Shown one piece after another: positions 11,307 to 22,242 of a stretch of DNA of 64,000 nucleotides; within the stretch, counting starts at the first letter, position 1; every line of letters begins with the position of its first letter. The notes under the pieces were generated by a model. It worked only from the letters and a program-made list of their open reading frames with translations, did not search any database and had not been told where the DNA came from. The DNA lies in NCBI GenBank assembly GCA_963749495.1, contig CAVVMW010000001.1, positions 160,001 to 224,000 of the forward strand, given 5' to 3'. The position numbers and the translations under genes are program-made. This stretch comes from an uncultured bacterium (lineage in GTDB: Bacteria; Verrucomicrobiota; Verrucomicrobiia; Limisphaerales; UBA8199).

Positions 11307-12008
11307 ATGCCGGAAAGCTGTGCGTCTTTTTGTTGCAGCCCCCAGCACACCTGGCGCCCGAGCCGGCGGGAGTTCGTGTTTGTGGGACTGGTTGGCAGCG
11401 TCGGGTTGACGCTGGGGCAGTTGTTCAAGCTGCAAGCGGCGGCGGCGCCCGCCAAGGCCCGGGCGCAGTCGGTCATCAATATCTTCCTGCCGGGGGGGAT
11501 GGCGGCGCAGGAGTCATTCGACCCGAAGCTGCTGGCCCCGATCGAGTATCGCGGGCCGCTGGGGGCGGTGAAGACGAAGCTGGAGGGGGTCTATTTCTCG
11601 GAGGTGCTGCGGCAGACGGCCGGGGTGGCGGACAAGCTGTGCGTGGTGCGTTCCATGACGCACGGTGAGGCGGACCACGACCGGGGCACGCACAACATGT
11701 TCACGGGCTGGCGGCCCAGCCCGGCCGTGCTCTACCCGAGCATCGGCAGTATCGTGTCGCACGAGTTGGGGCCGCGCAACGACCTGCCGCCTTACGTCTG
11801 CATCCCGAGCCAGCCGACCGCCTTTGCCGGGACCGGTTTCCTGGGTTCGGCCTGCGGGCCGTTCAGTCTCGGGGCCGACCCGGCCGTGGGCAACTTCAGG
11901 GTCCGGGACTTGAGCCTGCCCGGCGGGGTGGACGAGAAGCGGTTTGCGCGGCGCCGCGAGATGCGCGCGGCCGTGGATGCCCACTTCACCTGCAGGACCC
12001 GTTCCTGA
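11307..12008 (+). pseudogene. DUF1501 family protein, 3'-truncated by a deletion near 11990
   Basis: Tat-like SRREF, AQSVINIFLPGGMAAQESFDPK, VVRSMTHGEADH, YPSIGS; homology ends abruptly at DAHF. Confidence 0.8.
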
Positions 12009-14290
12009 GCGTGGCCGCGCCCCGGGACGGCCGCTACATCCTCCAACTGCGCGAGGCCATCTTTGGAGGCGGGGCCGATTGCCACTACCGCCTCCATATC
12101 GGGACGTTCCCGCGTCCGGCGGCGGTCTTTCCATTGGGGGGCAAGGCGGGCGAAAGGCTCGATGTGGCCTGCCTGGGCCAAGCCACGGGTTGCTTTACGC
12201 AATCGGTGAAGCTCCCCCAGACGCCGCAAGACAAATTCGGTTTCTTCGCGGAGCTGGAGGGGCGGCCGGCGCCCTCGCCAAACTGGCTGCGCGTTTGCCC
12301 ATTTCCCAATGTGGTGGAGGCCCCGCCCAACCAGGACCGGGGGCACGCAACGGCGACCGCCTTGCAGCCGCCGCTGGCGCTCAACGGGATCATTTCCCGC
12401 CCTGGCGAGGAGGACTGGTTCCGGTTTCCCGCAACCCAGGGCGCGGCCCTCGAGGTGAGCGTCTTCGCGCGGCGCCTGCGCTCGCCGCTCGATTCGGTGC
12501 TCGACGTGTTCGACGCCAGGGGCCAGTGGATTGCCGGCAACGACGATGCGGCCGGGACCGACAGCGTGCTGCGGTTCACGCCGGCCGAGACGACCAACTA
12601 TTTCGTGCGGGTCCGGGACACGCTGGGCCAGGGCGGGAACGAGTTTGTCTATCGCGTCGAGATTGGCCCGGTGCAGCCGGGGATCGGGGTCAAGATCCCG
12701 GAGGTGGCGCGCAACGACACACAGTCGCGGCAGTGCATTGTCGTGCCGCGCGGCAATCGTTTTGCCACGCTCATTGCCGCCCGGCGCGCGGACTTTGCCG
12801 GCGAATTGGTCTTCGAGGTCGAGGGCCTGCCCCCGGGCGTGCGGCTGCTGGCTGGGCCCATGGCGGCCAACATCGACGCGATGCCGCTGGTCTTCGAGGC
12901 CGCCCCGGACGCGCCCATCGGGGCCAGGCTGCTGGACCTGACGGCAACCTGGACCAACGGCTCAGACCGCGTCCTGGGCAAGTTCGGGCAGGAGGTGGAG
13001 CTGGTCGAGGGGCCGAACAATTCGACCTACTACAGCACGAGCGTGGACAGGTTGTGCGTCGCGGTGACGCGCGAGGCCCCGTTCAAACTGCGGCTCGTCG
13101 AGCCCAAGGTGCCGCTGGTCCAGGCCGGTTCGATGCAGATCGAGGTTGTCGCCGAGCGCGCGCCCGGATTCGACGAACCGATCGAGGTCCAGATGGTCTG
13201 GAACCCGCCGGGGGTCAGTTCGCAGTCCGAGGCCACCATCCCCAAGGGCGCCACCAACGTCTTCTATCGCCTCGATGCCGCCGGGGGCGCGCAGACGCGG
13301 TCCTGGAAGCTCGTCGCGCTGGGCCACGCCACGGTCCAAGGCGGTCCGCTCTATGTTTCGTCGCAGCCGGCGGCGCTCGAAGTGGCCGGGCCGTTCCTGA
13401 CCGGCAAGATCGAAACCTTGTGGCTGAACCCGGGCAAGACCGGCAAACTCGCCGTGAATCTCCAGCAGGCCAATATAGCCAGGCTCAGCCAGGCCACGCT
13501 CTGGCCGGTGGCCGACGGGAAGACCGAATTGCGGGTCGAGTTCGAGGGCCGCGCGGTGACGGTCCCCCTCACGGTCTCGAACGCGTCCCTCCGGCCGCCG
13601 ATCAGCTTCAGGCTGGACGTGATGCCCGTGTTCACCAAGGCCGGTTGCAATGCCGGCTCCTGCCATGGCACGTCGCGGGGCAAAGACGGTTTTCATCTCT
13701 CGCTCTTCGGGTTCGACCCGGACGGGGATTACTACCGGCTCACGCGCGAGCAGGTGGGCCGGCGCCTCAACCTGGCCCTCCCGGAGGAGAGCCTGATCGT
13801 GCAGAAGGGCCTGGGCGCGGTGCAGCACACCGGCGGCGTGCGTTTCGGCACCAACAGTGCCCTCTGCCAGAGCCTGGTGGAGTGGCTGGCGGCCGGCGCC
13901 CCGGCAGACCCGCCCGCGCTCGCCGGCCTTGCGGGCATCGAGATCTTCCCCAAAGACGCCGTCCTGGAAGGCTCCAATTCCATCCAGCGGTTCATCGTGC
14001 GCGCCCGCTACTCGGACGGGACCGAGCGCGACGCGACGCCGCTGGCCGTGTTCCTGAGCAACAACGACGTGACGGCGCGCGTGGCTGAGGACGGCACCGT
14101 GATGGCCGGGCAGCGGGGCGAGGCCTTCATCCAGGCGCGCTTCGGCGAGTTCAATGTCGGCGCGCAGGTAATCGTCATTCCGAAAGACCTTCCTTATCAT
14201 TGGCCCAATCCGCCCGCCCGCAATTACGTTGATGAGGCGGTTTATGCCAAGCTCAAGAAGCTCCGGCTGACGCCATCGGAGGAGTGCGGA
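11990..14290 (+). pseudogene. Chimeric remnant: PPC-domain protein (5'-deleted) fused in frame near 13468 to a Big_2/DUF1549 protein, truncated near 14287
   Basis: DPFLSVAAPRDGRY, NGIISRPGEEDWFRF, RRLRSPLDS, NDD (PPC), then SFRLDVMPVFTKAGCNAGSCHG and NYVDEAVYAKLKKL (DUF1549 start), ending in a 7-mer tract. The ORF reads on to 14443. Confidence 0.75.
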
Positions 14291-14566
14291 ATGCGGAGGA
14301 CCGAGGGCGGAGGACGGAGGACCGAGGGCGGTCGCAGTCAATGCGGCGCTCGTCCTGCGGTCCCTTTTGTCCCATTTGTCCCTTCACACCGCCGTTCCCA
14401 GGATCGAGCGCGCCCTGAAACCGATACGAGATTCCGTTCTTAACGCTCCGTTCTAAGGGAAGAGTTTCGAGCAGGCTTGCAATAACTCCACCACGCGCTT
14501 ACAGTGCCCCCGACTCGACTCGACTCGGCCGGCTGCAGAACAACCCAGCGCCCGAGCCTCCGTGCA

Positions 14567-16631
14567 ATGACCTGGAACAACCAAGCAGCAACGGAGAGCC
14601 AACCCGCTCCTGAGGCGGGCTTGGGCCGGCAGTCTCAACATCCAGAGACATCCCCATCTGCCCCCCCGGGTGGAGCTGGCGCCGGCCGGAAGGCGGAGCT
14701 GGCTATCCGCCGGAGGTCCGTGCTCACCCAGGTCGGTGACAAGGAGGCGGAGACCCAGGTGTTCACCGTGACGCTCGGGGACGAGACGATTCGAGTTGCT
14801 GCCCTTCAGGAACTGGGGCCAATTGGATGTTTATAAGTGGGGGATGCGGGGAAAGCTGCCTGGGACACCGGCCGGGCTGGACATTTCCCCCGACCATGTG
14901 AAGCTGCTGGGCGAAACCGTCTCGACCAACGACCCCGAGGGGTGCGCGAAACTGGAGAAGGTTTTCACGGAGTGGCTCGTCCTGGAACGAGAGAACCTCG
15001 AGCTGGCCCGGAAGAAGGCCCATGTCAAGCCGGCGGCGGCGGCAGCCCAAGCCGCGCGCCCGGCTGAGCCGCAGGTGCTGCACTTCCATGTGGAACAGGA
15101 CAAGGCCGGACAGGTTCACGTCCTGTGTCTCCAGGGCAAGGAACAGGTCGCAGCCATCGGCCTGAATCTGCCCGGCTTCAACGGCCTGTTCAGCTCGGGA
15201 TTGATGCGCAAGCCTCGAGCCATGCAGGTGGGCGTGATGCACGATTGGGTCGAACTGGACGGCGTGCTCTTTAGTTTCGAGCGGGGCAACAATGACTCGA
15301 GCAAGCTCGAGAAGGCGCTCAACGAGAAATACCTCCCGGAGAGCGCCCTGGGCCGGGGCAAGGACATCGTGGTCTTTGCCAACGCGGCCTCCTCGACGGG
15401 GTTTGACATCCAGTTCCCGATTACGCAGGCCGGCGCGTTGGAGAATCGGAAGCGGCCGTTGAACGAGGAGACGCTGGTGCTGTTGCAGGACTCGAACGCG
15501 TGCGGCCTGTTGCACAAGCAGATCGTGATCAAACTCTCGCGCCCGTGCCTGGTGTTCAAGCAAAAGACCCCCGACGGCGGCGAACGCTACCTCGAGCGCT
15601 GCCCGGAGAACACGGTGAGCCTCAAGAGCGAAGATGGCCGGGAGAAAGTCATCGACCTGAGCCAGCCGGTGAATTACCTGCGGCTGGGTCCGCTCGAGCT
15701 GACGGCGGTCTTCAATCACCCTTCGATAAACCAGCACAGCAAGGCCGCCCCAGTCCCGGCAGCCGGGACGGGCGAGGGCCTCGCGCAGCCTGCGCCGGCG
15801 GCCGAACCGGACGGCGCCAGCCAGGAAAAGGGCGTTGCGCTCCAAGCCCAAGGGGGCGTCCTGGCGCCCGCGCCGGAGCCGGCACAGGCCCCGCCCACAC
15901 CCCCACTTGAGGAGGAGGCCAGTCCGCCTGAGCCGGACCCGGTCCCGGTCGAGGCCTCGGCCTCGTCTGGAGAGCCGGGACTCGTTGCGCCGGCCCCGGC
16001 CGCGGAGCCGCCCGCTGAGGTCCAAAGGCCCGCTGCCCCGCCCGAGCCGGAAGCCCAGGCCAAACCTCTGCCCAATGCCTGGCTTGGAGAGGTCCTGGCC
16101 CGGCAACCCATCAGGCATGATTGGTTCGTCTGCCTGGTCTATGGCGTGATTGCCGAGAGATACGGCAACTCCAATGAAGGCAGGTTCGGGCTGAGCGCCT
16201 GCTGGTACGCTGCCATGGGCGACATCCAGGACATAGACGATCCGCTGTTCCTCGGGTTCTTTCTCACGGAAAAGCGCGGGCTGGGCTATCTCAATCAAGG
16301 CCGTCTGGCGCGCTTTTCCAACGGGGTCGCCATTCTCGGCACACAGGAGACGGCCATCGAGGCCATCGGCGTGAACCTCGTTGGAGTGGGCCTGGATGTC
16401 CGGCAGCGCGTTATCTTCGTCGTGACCGACAATTATCGCGGCAAATTCGGCCTCCCGGAACAGGCCGTCTCACTGGAGTTGGCCAAGTTGAGAGAGTATG
16501 GCGCCGTCATCCTGGGCATCAAAGAACTCCTGCAAAGCCCCGAGCCGATCGAGGTCCTCTGGACCGTCCCGGCACAACAGGAGAACCCGGCAGACCCTCA
16601 GGTCCTCGAGAGCACGCCGCCGGGGGCGTGA
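14567..16631 (+). CDS. Hypothetical protein with a Pro/Ala-rich linker; frameshift near 14790
   Basis: Long ORF 14796-16631 with typical codon usage; the N-terminal part continues in another frame from ATG 14567. Confidence 0.65.
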
Positions 16632-16651
16632 GAGCGTCTGGGGCGCGGGAA

Positions 16652-17011
16652 GTGTCGCGCGTCGCGTAGAGACCGCTGACGGCCTCGCCCTTTTCAGGCG
16701 TCGCTACGCAACGCGGTCGAGCTTGGGCCATTGGTCCGTGGACTGGAAGTCCACGGCTACCATCGGGCGCGGCTACGCGGTGAGCCGGACGCAGCGCGCG
16801 CGTCGCGGAGCAACGCAGTGAAGGTAGCCGTGGACCTCGGTCCACGGGTTGGGGGGTGGGAAGGGTCGCGCGTCGCGTAGCGACGCCCGACAGCTTCGCA
16901 CTGCGCCATAGATTCCAGCTTTCAGGCGTCGCTACGCGACGCGGTCGAGCTTGGGGCATGGGTCCGTGGACTGGAAGTCCACGGCTACCATCGGGCACCG
17001 CTACGCGGTGA
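16652..17011. repeat. REP-like cgtcgcgtagcgacg / ccgtggac..gtccacgg family, two tandem units (another copy at 50524-50730)
   Basis: Repeated hairpins caggcgtcgctacgc and ccgtggactggaagtccacggctacc. Confidence 0.85.
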
Positions 17012-17032
17012 CCAGCGATAATCTTCAACCCG

Positions 17033-17863
17033 ATGAACAGCGAACTGGCAGGCAAGGTCGTGGTCATCACCGGCGCCTCCGGCGGCATCGGCTCGGCCAT
17101 GGCAAGGAAATTCGCCGGTGAAGGCGCCCGGCTCGTGCTCCATTACCACCGCAACCGGGCGGGGGCGGCGGCGTTGCGCCGCGAGTTGGAGGGCGTCGAG
17201 TCCCTGGCCGTGGGGGCGGACCTGGCGAAGGAGGCTGGCGCCCGGGGCCTTTTGGCCAGGGCGGTGGAGCGGTTTGGCCGCGTTGACACGCTGGTGGCCA
17301 ACGCCGGGGCGTGGGAGACGCGCAACGTTGCGCTGGCCCGGATGTCGTTGCGCCAGTGGCGGCGCACACAGGAGGGCGTCCTGACCACGGCCTTTCTGAG
17401 CTTGCGCGAGTTCCTGCGGCTGGCCGCCCGCCAGGGGCGCGGCAACGCCGTGCTCATCGGCTCGACCGCCGCCCTCTTCGGCGAGGCGGGCCACGCCGAT
17501 TATGCCGCCGCCAAGGCCGCCCTGGCCTACGGCTTGACCCGCTCGCTCAAAAACGAATTCGCCCGCCTGGCCCCGCACACGCGCGATTACTGCGGCGGAC
17601 GCATCAATTGCATTTGCCCCGGCTGGACCGTTGTTCCGCGCCTGGCCGCCAAACTCGGCGACGCCCGCGTGATCCGCAAGACCCTCGCCACCATGGCCTT
17701 GCCCCAACTGGCCCGGCCCGAGGACATCGCCAACGCCGCCGTCTTCCTCTCCTCCGACGCCCTGGCCCGGCATATCACCGGGCAGGTGCTCGTCATCGCC
17801 GGCGGCATGGAAGGCCGCTGGCTCTGGCAACCGGACGAAATCGACCCCGCCGCGGCGGGATAG
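17033..17863 (+). CDS. Short-chain dehydrogenase/reductase (SDR)
   Basis: TGASGGIG, NAG, YAAAK and ITGQVL motifs. Confidence 0.92.
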   Translation: MNSELAGKVVVITGASGGIGSAMARKFAGEGARLVLHYHRNRAGAAALRRELEGVESLAVGADLAKEAGARGLLARAVERFGRVDTLVANAGAWETRNVALARMSLRQWRRTQEGVLTTAFLSLREFLRLAARQGRGNAVLIGSTAALFGEAGHADYAAAKAALAYGLTRSLKNEFARLAPHTRDYCGGRINCICPGWTVVPRLAAKLGDARVIRKTLATMALPQLARPEDIANAAVFLSSDALARHITGQVLVIAGGMEGRWLWQPDEIDPAAAG

Positions 17864-17899
17864 AGCAGCTCAGCAAGGGCGCAACCACGCACCGCTCCC

Positions 17900-18009
17900 G
17901 GAGTGCGCCCGTCCTCGGGCGCAGCGACGTCCGCAGCCAGGGCAACGGTCAAGTACTCCGGCGCGGCTGCCCGCTCCGTCGCTGCTGCGCCCGGGGACGG
18001 GCGCACTCC
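17900..18009. repeat. Long GC-rich palindrome (REP-like)
   Basis: ggagtgcgcccgtcctcgggcgcagc ... gctgcgcccggggacgggcgcactcc. Confidence 0.75.
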
Positions 18010-18098
18010 AGGGGGCAGCGAGTGGATGCGCGCCATCGGAAAAAGAGCCGAGAACCGCGCTTGCCAAATTGGCGAGTTTTCTTCATCATGAGAGCGAT

Positions 18099-18914
18099 AT
18101 GAAAAATCGAATTGGCCTAATCATCTTGGTCTTGATTTGCCTTGGCATGGGAATCGGGCTGATCGCCATTAAGAAGCAAGCCATCGAACAACAGCGCAGG
18201 GATGCCGAGACGATCAATTCGCTTTCCAATCAATGGAACTTCACCAAAGCCAAGTTGAGCGAGGAGTCCCAGCACATCGCCAGCATTTCCCAGAACCTCG
18301 ACACCGAGAAAAAGGCCCACGCCGAGCTGGCCAGCACCTTCACCCAGGTCTCCAACAACCTGACCCAGACCAGCGCGGACCTGGCCAAGACCGAGGAGAC
18401 GCTCAAGGCCCGGGAGGAGGAGATCAAGAAGCGCGATGCTACGATCACGGCCCTGGAGGGCAAGAACCAGGACCTCGACAAACAGGCCCTCAACCTGAGG
18501 ACCTCGATCACCAATCTCACCGGTCAGATCGAGGAGACCCGGAGAAAACTCGCCGCCTCGGAAGGCGACAAGGCCATCCTGGAGACCAACCTCAAGCGCC
18601 TCCTGGCCGAGAAGGCCGAATTGGAACGGCAATTCAACGACCTGACCATCCTCCGTGCCCAGGTGGTCAAGCTCAAAGAGGAGATGACCATCGCCCGGCG
18701 GCTGGAGTGGATTCGCATGGGCCTCTTTGCCGGCGAGCAACGGGGCGCCCAGCGCGTGATGCAAGGCATCTTCCCCTCTCAGGCCCTGGCCAGAGCGCCC
18801 AAACCCAGCTACGACCTCAACGTCGAGGTCACCTCCGACGGCAGCGTCAAGGTCATTCCACCCTCTCCCGCCACGAATCGGCCTGCCGGCACCAATGCCA
18901 ACATCAAGTGGTGA
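18099..18914 (+). CDS. Membrane-anchored coiled-coil hypothetical protein
   Basis: N-terminal TM (IGLIILVLICLGMGIGLI) followed by a long heptad-rich region. Confidence 0.75.
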   Translation: MKNRIGLIILVLICLGMGIGLIAIKKQAIEQQRRDAETINSLSNQWNFTKAKLSEESQHIASISQNLDTEKKAHAELASTFTQVSNNLTQTSADLAKTEETLKAREEEIKKRDATITALEGKNQDLDKQALNLRTSITNLTGQIEETRRKLAASEGDKAILETNLKRLLAEKAELERQFNDLTILRAQVVKLKEEMTIARRLEWIRMGLFAGEQRGAQRVMQGIFPSQALARAPKPSYDLNVEVTSDGSVKVIPPSPATNRPAGTNANIKW

Positions 18915-19968
18915 ACCGGCCCGCCAGCTCATCGATGCGCAGGGACGGGTCCTGCGCGACCTCCGGGTGAGCCTGACGGATCGCTGCAATTTCCGCTGCC
19001 TCTATTGCCTGCCTGAATCCGAGGCCGCCCTGAACTTTTATCGCGGCCACTGGGCGCAAATGCCCAACCCGGCCCCGCTCTTTCCCCAGTGGCTCCCCAA
19101 GGCCCACCTGCTGACCTTCGAGGAAATCGAGCGCCTGGTGCGCCTGGCCGTCCACTGGGGCATCCGCAAGGTCCGCCTCACCGGCGGCGAACCGCTCCTG
19201 CGCCACGAGGTCGAAAACCTCGTCTCGCGCCTGAGCGCCATCCCGGACATCGCCGACCTGGCCATGACCTCCAACGGCTCGCTCTTCCCCCAGAAGGCCG
19301 CCAGCCTGCGCGCCGCCGGCCTGCGCCGCATCAGCTTCAGCCTTGATTCCCTCGACCAGGCCAACTTCAGGAAGATCACCGGCCGCGACGGCCTCCAGGG
19401 CGTCCTCCACAGCATCCGCCTGGCCCAGGACCTGGCCTTTGACCCGGTCAAGATCAACGCCGTCATCATCCGCGGCCTCAACGACCACGAACTGGAGTCC
19501 CTGGCCCAGTTCGCCCGCGACCAAAATCTCTGCCTCCGATTCATCGAGTTCATGCCCCTGGATTCGGCCCGCGCCTGGCTCAAGGAATTGGTCGTCCCCG
19601 CCCGCGAGATCCTCGCCCGTCTCCAGGCCCGCTTCGACCTGCGGCCCGTCCCCCAGGAAAACGCCTCCGCCACGTCCAAACGCTGGGCCTTTGCCGACGG
19701 GCGCGGCGAACTGGGCGTCATCGCTCCAGTCACCGAACCGTTCTGCGGCCACTGCAACCGCCTCCGCCTCACCGCCGACGGCCACCTCCGCACCTGCCTC
19801 TTCAGCGTCACCGAGCACGACCTCCGCTCCCTGCTCCGGGGCGGCGCCTCCGACACCCAGCTCGGCCAATGGCTCCAGCAGGTGGTCTGGCACAAGGAAC
19901 CCCGCCACCATATCGGCGAGCCGGACTTCGTCCCGCCCCCCCGCACCATGAGCTGCATCGGGGGCTGA
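18895..19968 (+). CDS. moaA: GTP 3',8-cyclase MoaA (start uncertain)
   Basis: LRVSLTDRCNFRCLYC radical SAM motif, LTGGEP, FCGHCNRLRLTADG, C-terminal IGG. Confidence 0.95.
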   Translation: MPTSSGEPARQLIDAQGRVLRDLRVSLTDRCNFRCLYCLPESEAALNFYRGHWAQMPNPAPLFPQWLPKAHLLTFEEIERLVRLAVHWGIRKVRLTGGEPLLRHEVENLVSRLSAIPDIADLAMTSNGSLFPQKAASLRAAGLRRISFSLDSLDQANFRKITGRDGLQGVLHSIRLAQDLAFDPVKINAVIIRGLNDHELESLAQFARDQNLCLRFIEFMPLDSARAWLKELVVPAREILARLQARFDLRPVPQENASATSKRWAFADGRGELGVIAPVTEPFCGHCNRLRLTADGHLRTCLFSVTEHDLRSLLRGGASDTQLGQWLQQVVWHKEPRHHIGEPDFVPPPRTMSCIGG

Positions 19969-20170
19969 GACCTATTGCAGCGGACTCTGGATGACTTTGG
20001 TGTCTTTGTCGCAACCTTTGTCGAAAACCGGAGCAATTCGACAAAGGTCGCGACAAAGGTTGCGATAAAGGTCGCCAGAGTCACTCATAATCCGGCGCAA
20101 TGGGGTTGAGCCCCAGGCTCATTGGCTTGCTTGACCCCGGCGCGCCCCCGGTCTATTAAGAAGGCAGGCG

Positions 20171-20491
20171 ATGCCGACATACGAGTACATTTGTGAGAAA
20201 TGCGGTCACACGTTCGAGAAGTTCCAACCGATCTCCGCTCAGGCTCTGATTGTCTGCCCGAAAGAGGCCTGTTCCCAAGAGCCTTGGGGCAAGGGCAAGG
20301 TCAAGCGGCTCATCAGCGGCGGCGCGGGCCTCCTCTTCAAAGGCAGCGGTTTTTATATCACCGATTATCGGAGTGAACAGTACAAAGCGGCCGCCAAGAA
20401 AGACTCCGCCCCGGCCCCCTCGTCCGGCGCCGAGAGCAAGCCCAGCCCCCCGGCAAAGCCCCCGGCCAAGGCGGAAGGCAAACCGGGTTAG
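20171..20491 (+). CDS. FmdB family zinc-ribbon protein
   Basis: MPTYEYICEKCGH...CP...FKGSGFYITDY. Confidence 0.9.
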   Translation: MPTYEYICEKCGHTFEKFQPISAQALIVCPKEACSQEPWGKGKVKRLISGGAGLLFKGSGFYITDYRSEQYKAAAKKDSAPAPSSGAESKPSPPAKPPAKAEGKPG

Positions 20492-20677
20492 AGTGTGGGT
20501 GGACAATGTCCGTCGTCGTTTCACCAGTACCCGAGGGTCGAGGGTCGAGGGGCGAGAGAACACAGCCCGGCCGCCCGTCGCCTCTTTGACGTGCCAGCAG
20601 TTATGAACCAACGCCTAAGTGGTCATGAACATAGATACGAAGACGTATCCTGGATGCGCGGCAGGGCCGCCGCCGGC

Positions 20678-20815
20678 GTAGCGCAGACCTCCGAGTCTGC
20701 TGTCTCGCAGGTTTCCAAACCTGCGGGCCAACCGACGTGCGGACGCGCATGCCTTCACGGACGCGCAGCCGACTTGGAAGTCGGCGATACAGCAGACTCG
20801 GAGGTCTGCGCTACG
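20678..20815. repeat. Core palindrome of the 8073 MITE family, without terminal IRs
   Basis: cgtagcgcagacctccgagtctgctgt ... acagcagactcggaggtctgcgctacg. Confidence 0.8.
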
Positions 20816-20880
20816 TCACCGTATTTGCGTCCAGCAGTGCTAAGTTTGCTCCGATACAGTCTGCGTCCTGTCGGGCGCCG

Positions 20881-22206
20881 ATGCCTCCTGCTGTGCTGCA
20901 TTTTGGCCCTCGGCCGGCAGGCGCCCAGCTCGCGGCCTCGTCTCCGGCGATGTCCGCCAACAGTTCCTCCGGCCAGTTTTTCATCCATGCCACCGCCCCG
21001 ACCCAACCGGATGGTCCGCTGGCGACCAACCGGGCCCTGCTTCATCTGGAGCCGAGCCTGGTGGCCGTTTCGGCCGAACGGATCAAGCAGAACGTGTGGC
21101 GCGAACTGGAAACCAGCCAGCCCTGGCGCAGCACGATCGTCGTCACGCTGGTTCCCCCCAGGACCGCCGACGGCGGGGTGGTGATCAGTTCGGACCGGTT
21201 CCCGGACGGCTGGCGCTACCTCGTTTTGATGCCAAGGGTGATCGAGCGCGAGCGGTATGTGCAGGCCCTCACCCATGTGGTGCTGCTCGAACTGGCCAAT
21301 CGCTCGGGCGGGCCCAACTCCGCCGAGACCCCGGCCTGGCTCGTCGAGGGCCTCGCCCGCCAGCTCCTGGCTTCCAAAGAGGCCGAGATTATCCTCACGC
21401 TTCCCAGCGAGGGCCGCGGCGGCGTCCCATTCACGCCGACTGTCCTGAACAAACGCTGGGACGACCCGCTCAAAGGCGCCCACGACCAGTTGACCCGCTA
21501 CACCCCGCTCACCTTCCAGGAGTTGAGTTGGCCGGCGCCGGAGGAGTTGACGGGCGAGCCGGGCGAAGTCTATCGCAGCAGCGCCCAGTTGTTCGTCGTC
21601 CGCCTGCTGCGCCTGGATCAGGGGCGCGCCTGCATGCGCGCCTTCCTCGCCGAATTGACCAGGCACTATAACTGGCAATTTGCCTTCTTGCGCGCCTTCC
21701 ATGCCCGTTTTGAGCGCCCCGTCGAAGTCGAGAAGTGGTGGGCGCTACAGGTCGCCGAATTCACGGGGCGCGACCCGGCGCAGGCCTGGCCCACCGAGCA
21801 GAGTTGGCAGAAACTGGAGGAGGCCGTCTCCTTGCCGGTCCAGGTCCGCACCGGCACCAACGAACTGCCCTTCCATGCCCAGGCCACCCTCCAGAACATC
21901 ATTCGCGATTGGAACCGCGTCTCTCAAACGGTCACGCTCCTGAGCAAGCTGCAGGAATTGGAATTGGCCCGTCACCGCGTCTCCAAAGACCTGGTCCCTC
22001 TGGTTGACGGTTATTATCGGGTCATCGCCACCTACCTGCAGCAGCGCGACAAGACCACCCCGGTCTTCCATTTGCGCAGCAAGGCTGCCCAGCGTTACGC
22101 CGCCGCCGTCGCCGTGGCGCAGTTGGACGGCCTGGATTCCCAGCGCCAGGTCCTGCACCCGCCCCGGCAGCCAACCACCGCCGCCGTCCGGGCGAACTCC
22201 AGGTGA
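20881..22206 (+). CDS. Hypothetical, probably secreted protein with a peptidase-MA-like P.WL.EGL motif (start uncertain)
   Basis: Long ORF containing TPAWLVEGLA and YRSSAQLFV; the signal peptide is possibly frameshifted. Confidence 0.6.
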   Translation: MPPAVLHFGPRPAGAQLAASSPAMSANSSSGQFFIHATAPTQPDGPLATNRALLHLEPSLVAVSAERIKQNVWRELETSQPWRSTIVVTLVPPRTADGGVVISSDRFPDGWRYLVLMPRVIERERYVQALTHVVLLELANRSGGPNSAETPAWLVEGLARQLLASKEAEIILTLPSEGRGGVPFTPTVLNKRWDDPLKGAHDQLTRYTPLTFQELSWPAPEELTGEPGEVYRSSAQLFVVRLLRLDQGRACMRAFLAELTRHYNWQFAFLRAFHARFERPVEVEKWWALQVAEFTGRDPAQAWPTEQSWQKLEEAVSLPVQVRTGTNELPFHAQATLQNIIRDWNRVSQTVTLLSKLQELELARHRVSKDLVPLVDGYYRVIATYLQQRDKTTPVFHLRSKAAQRYAAAVAVAQLDGLDSQRQVLHPPRQPTTAAVRANSR

Positions 22207-22242
22207 GTGGAACCCGGTGCCTGTTCAACAATTGAAACGAAC

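Noticed and set aside
16652..17011. Tandem palindromic units as integron attC sites or a CRISPR
   Set aside because: No cassette ORFs, integrase or spacers; the structure matches dispersed REP-like repeats also present at 50524-50730.
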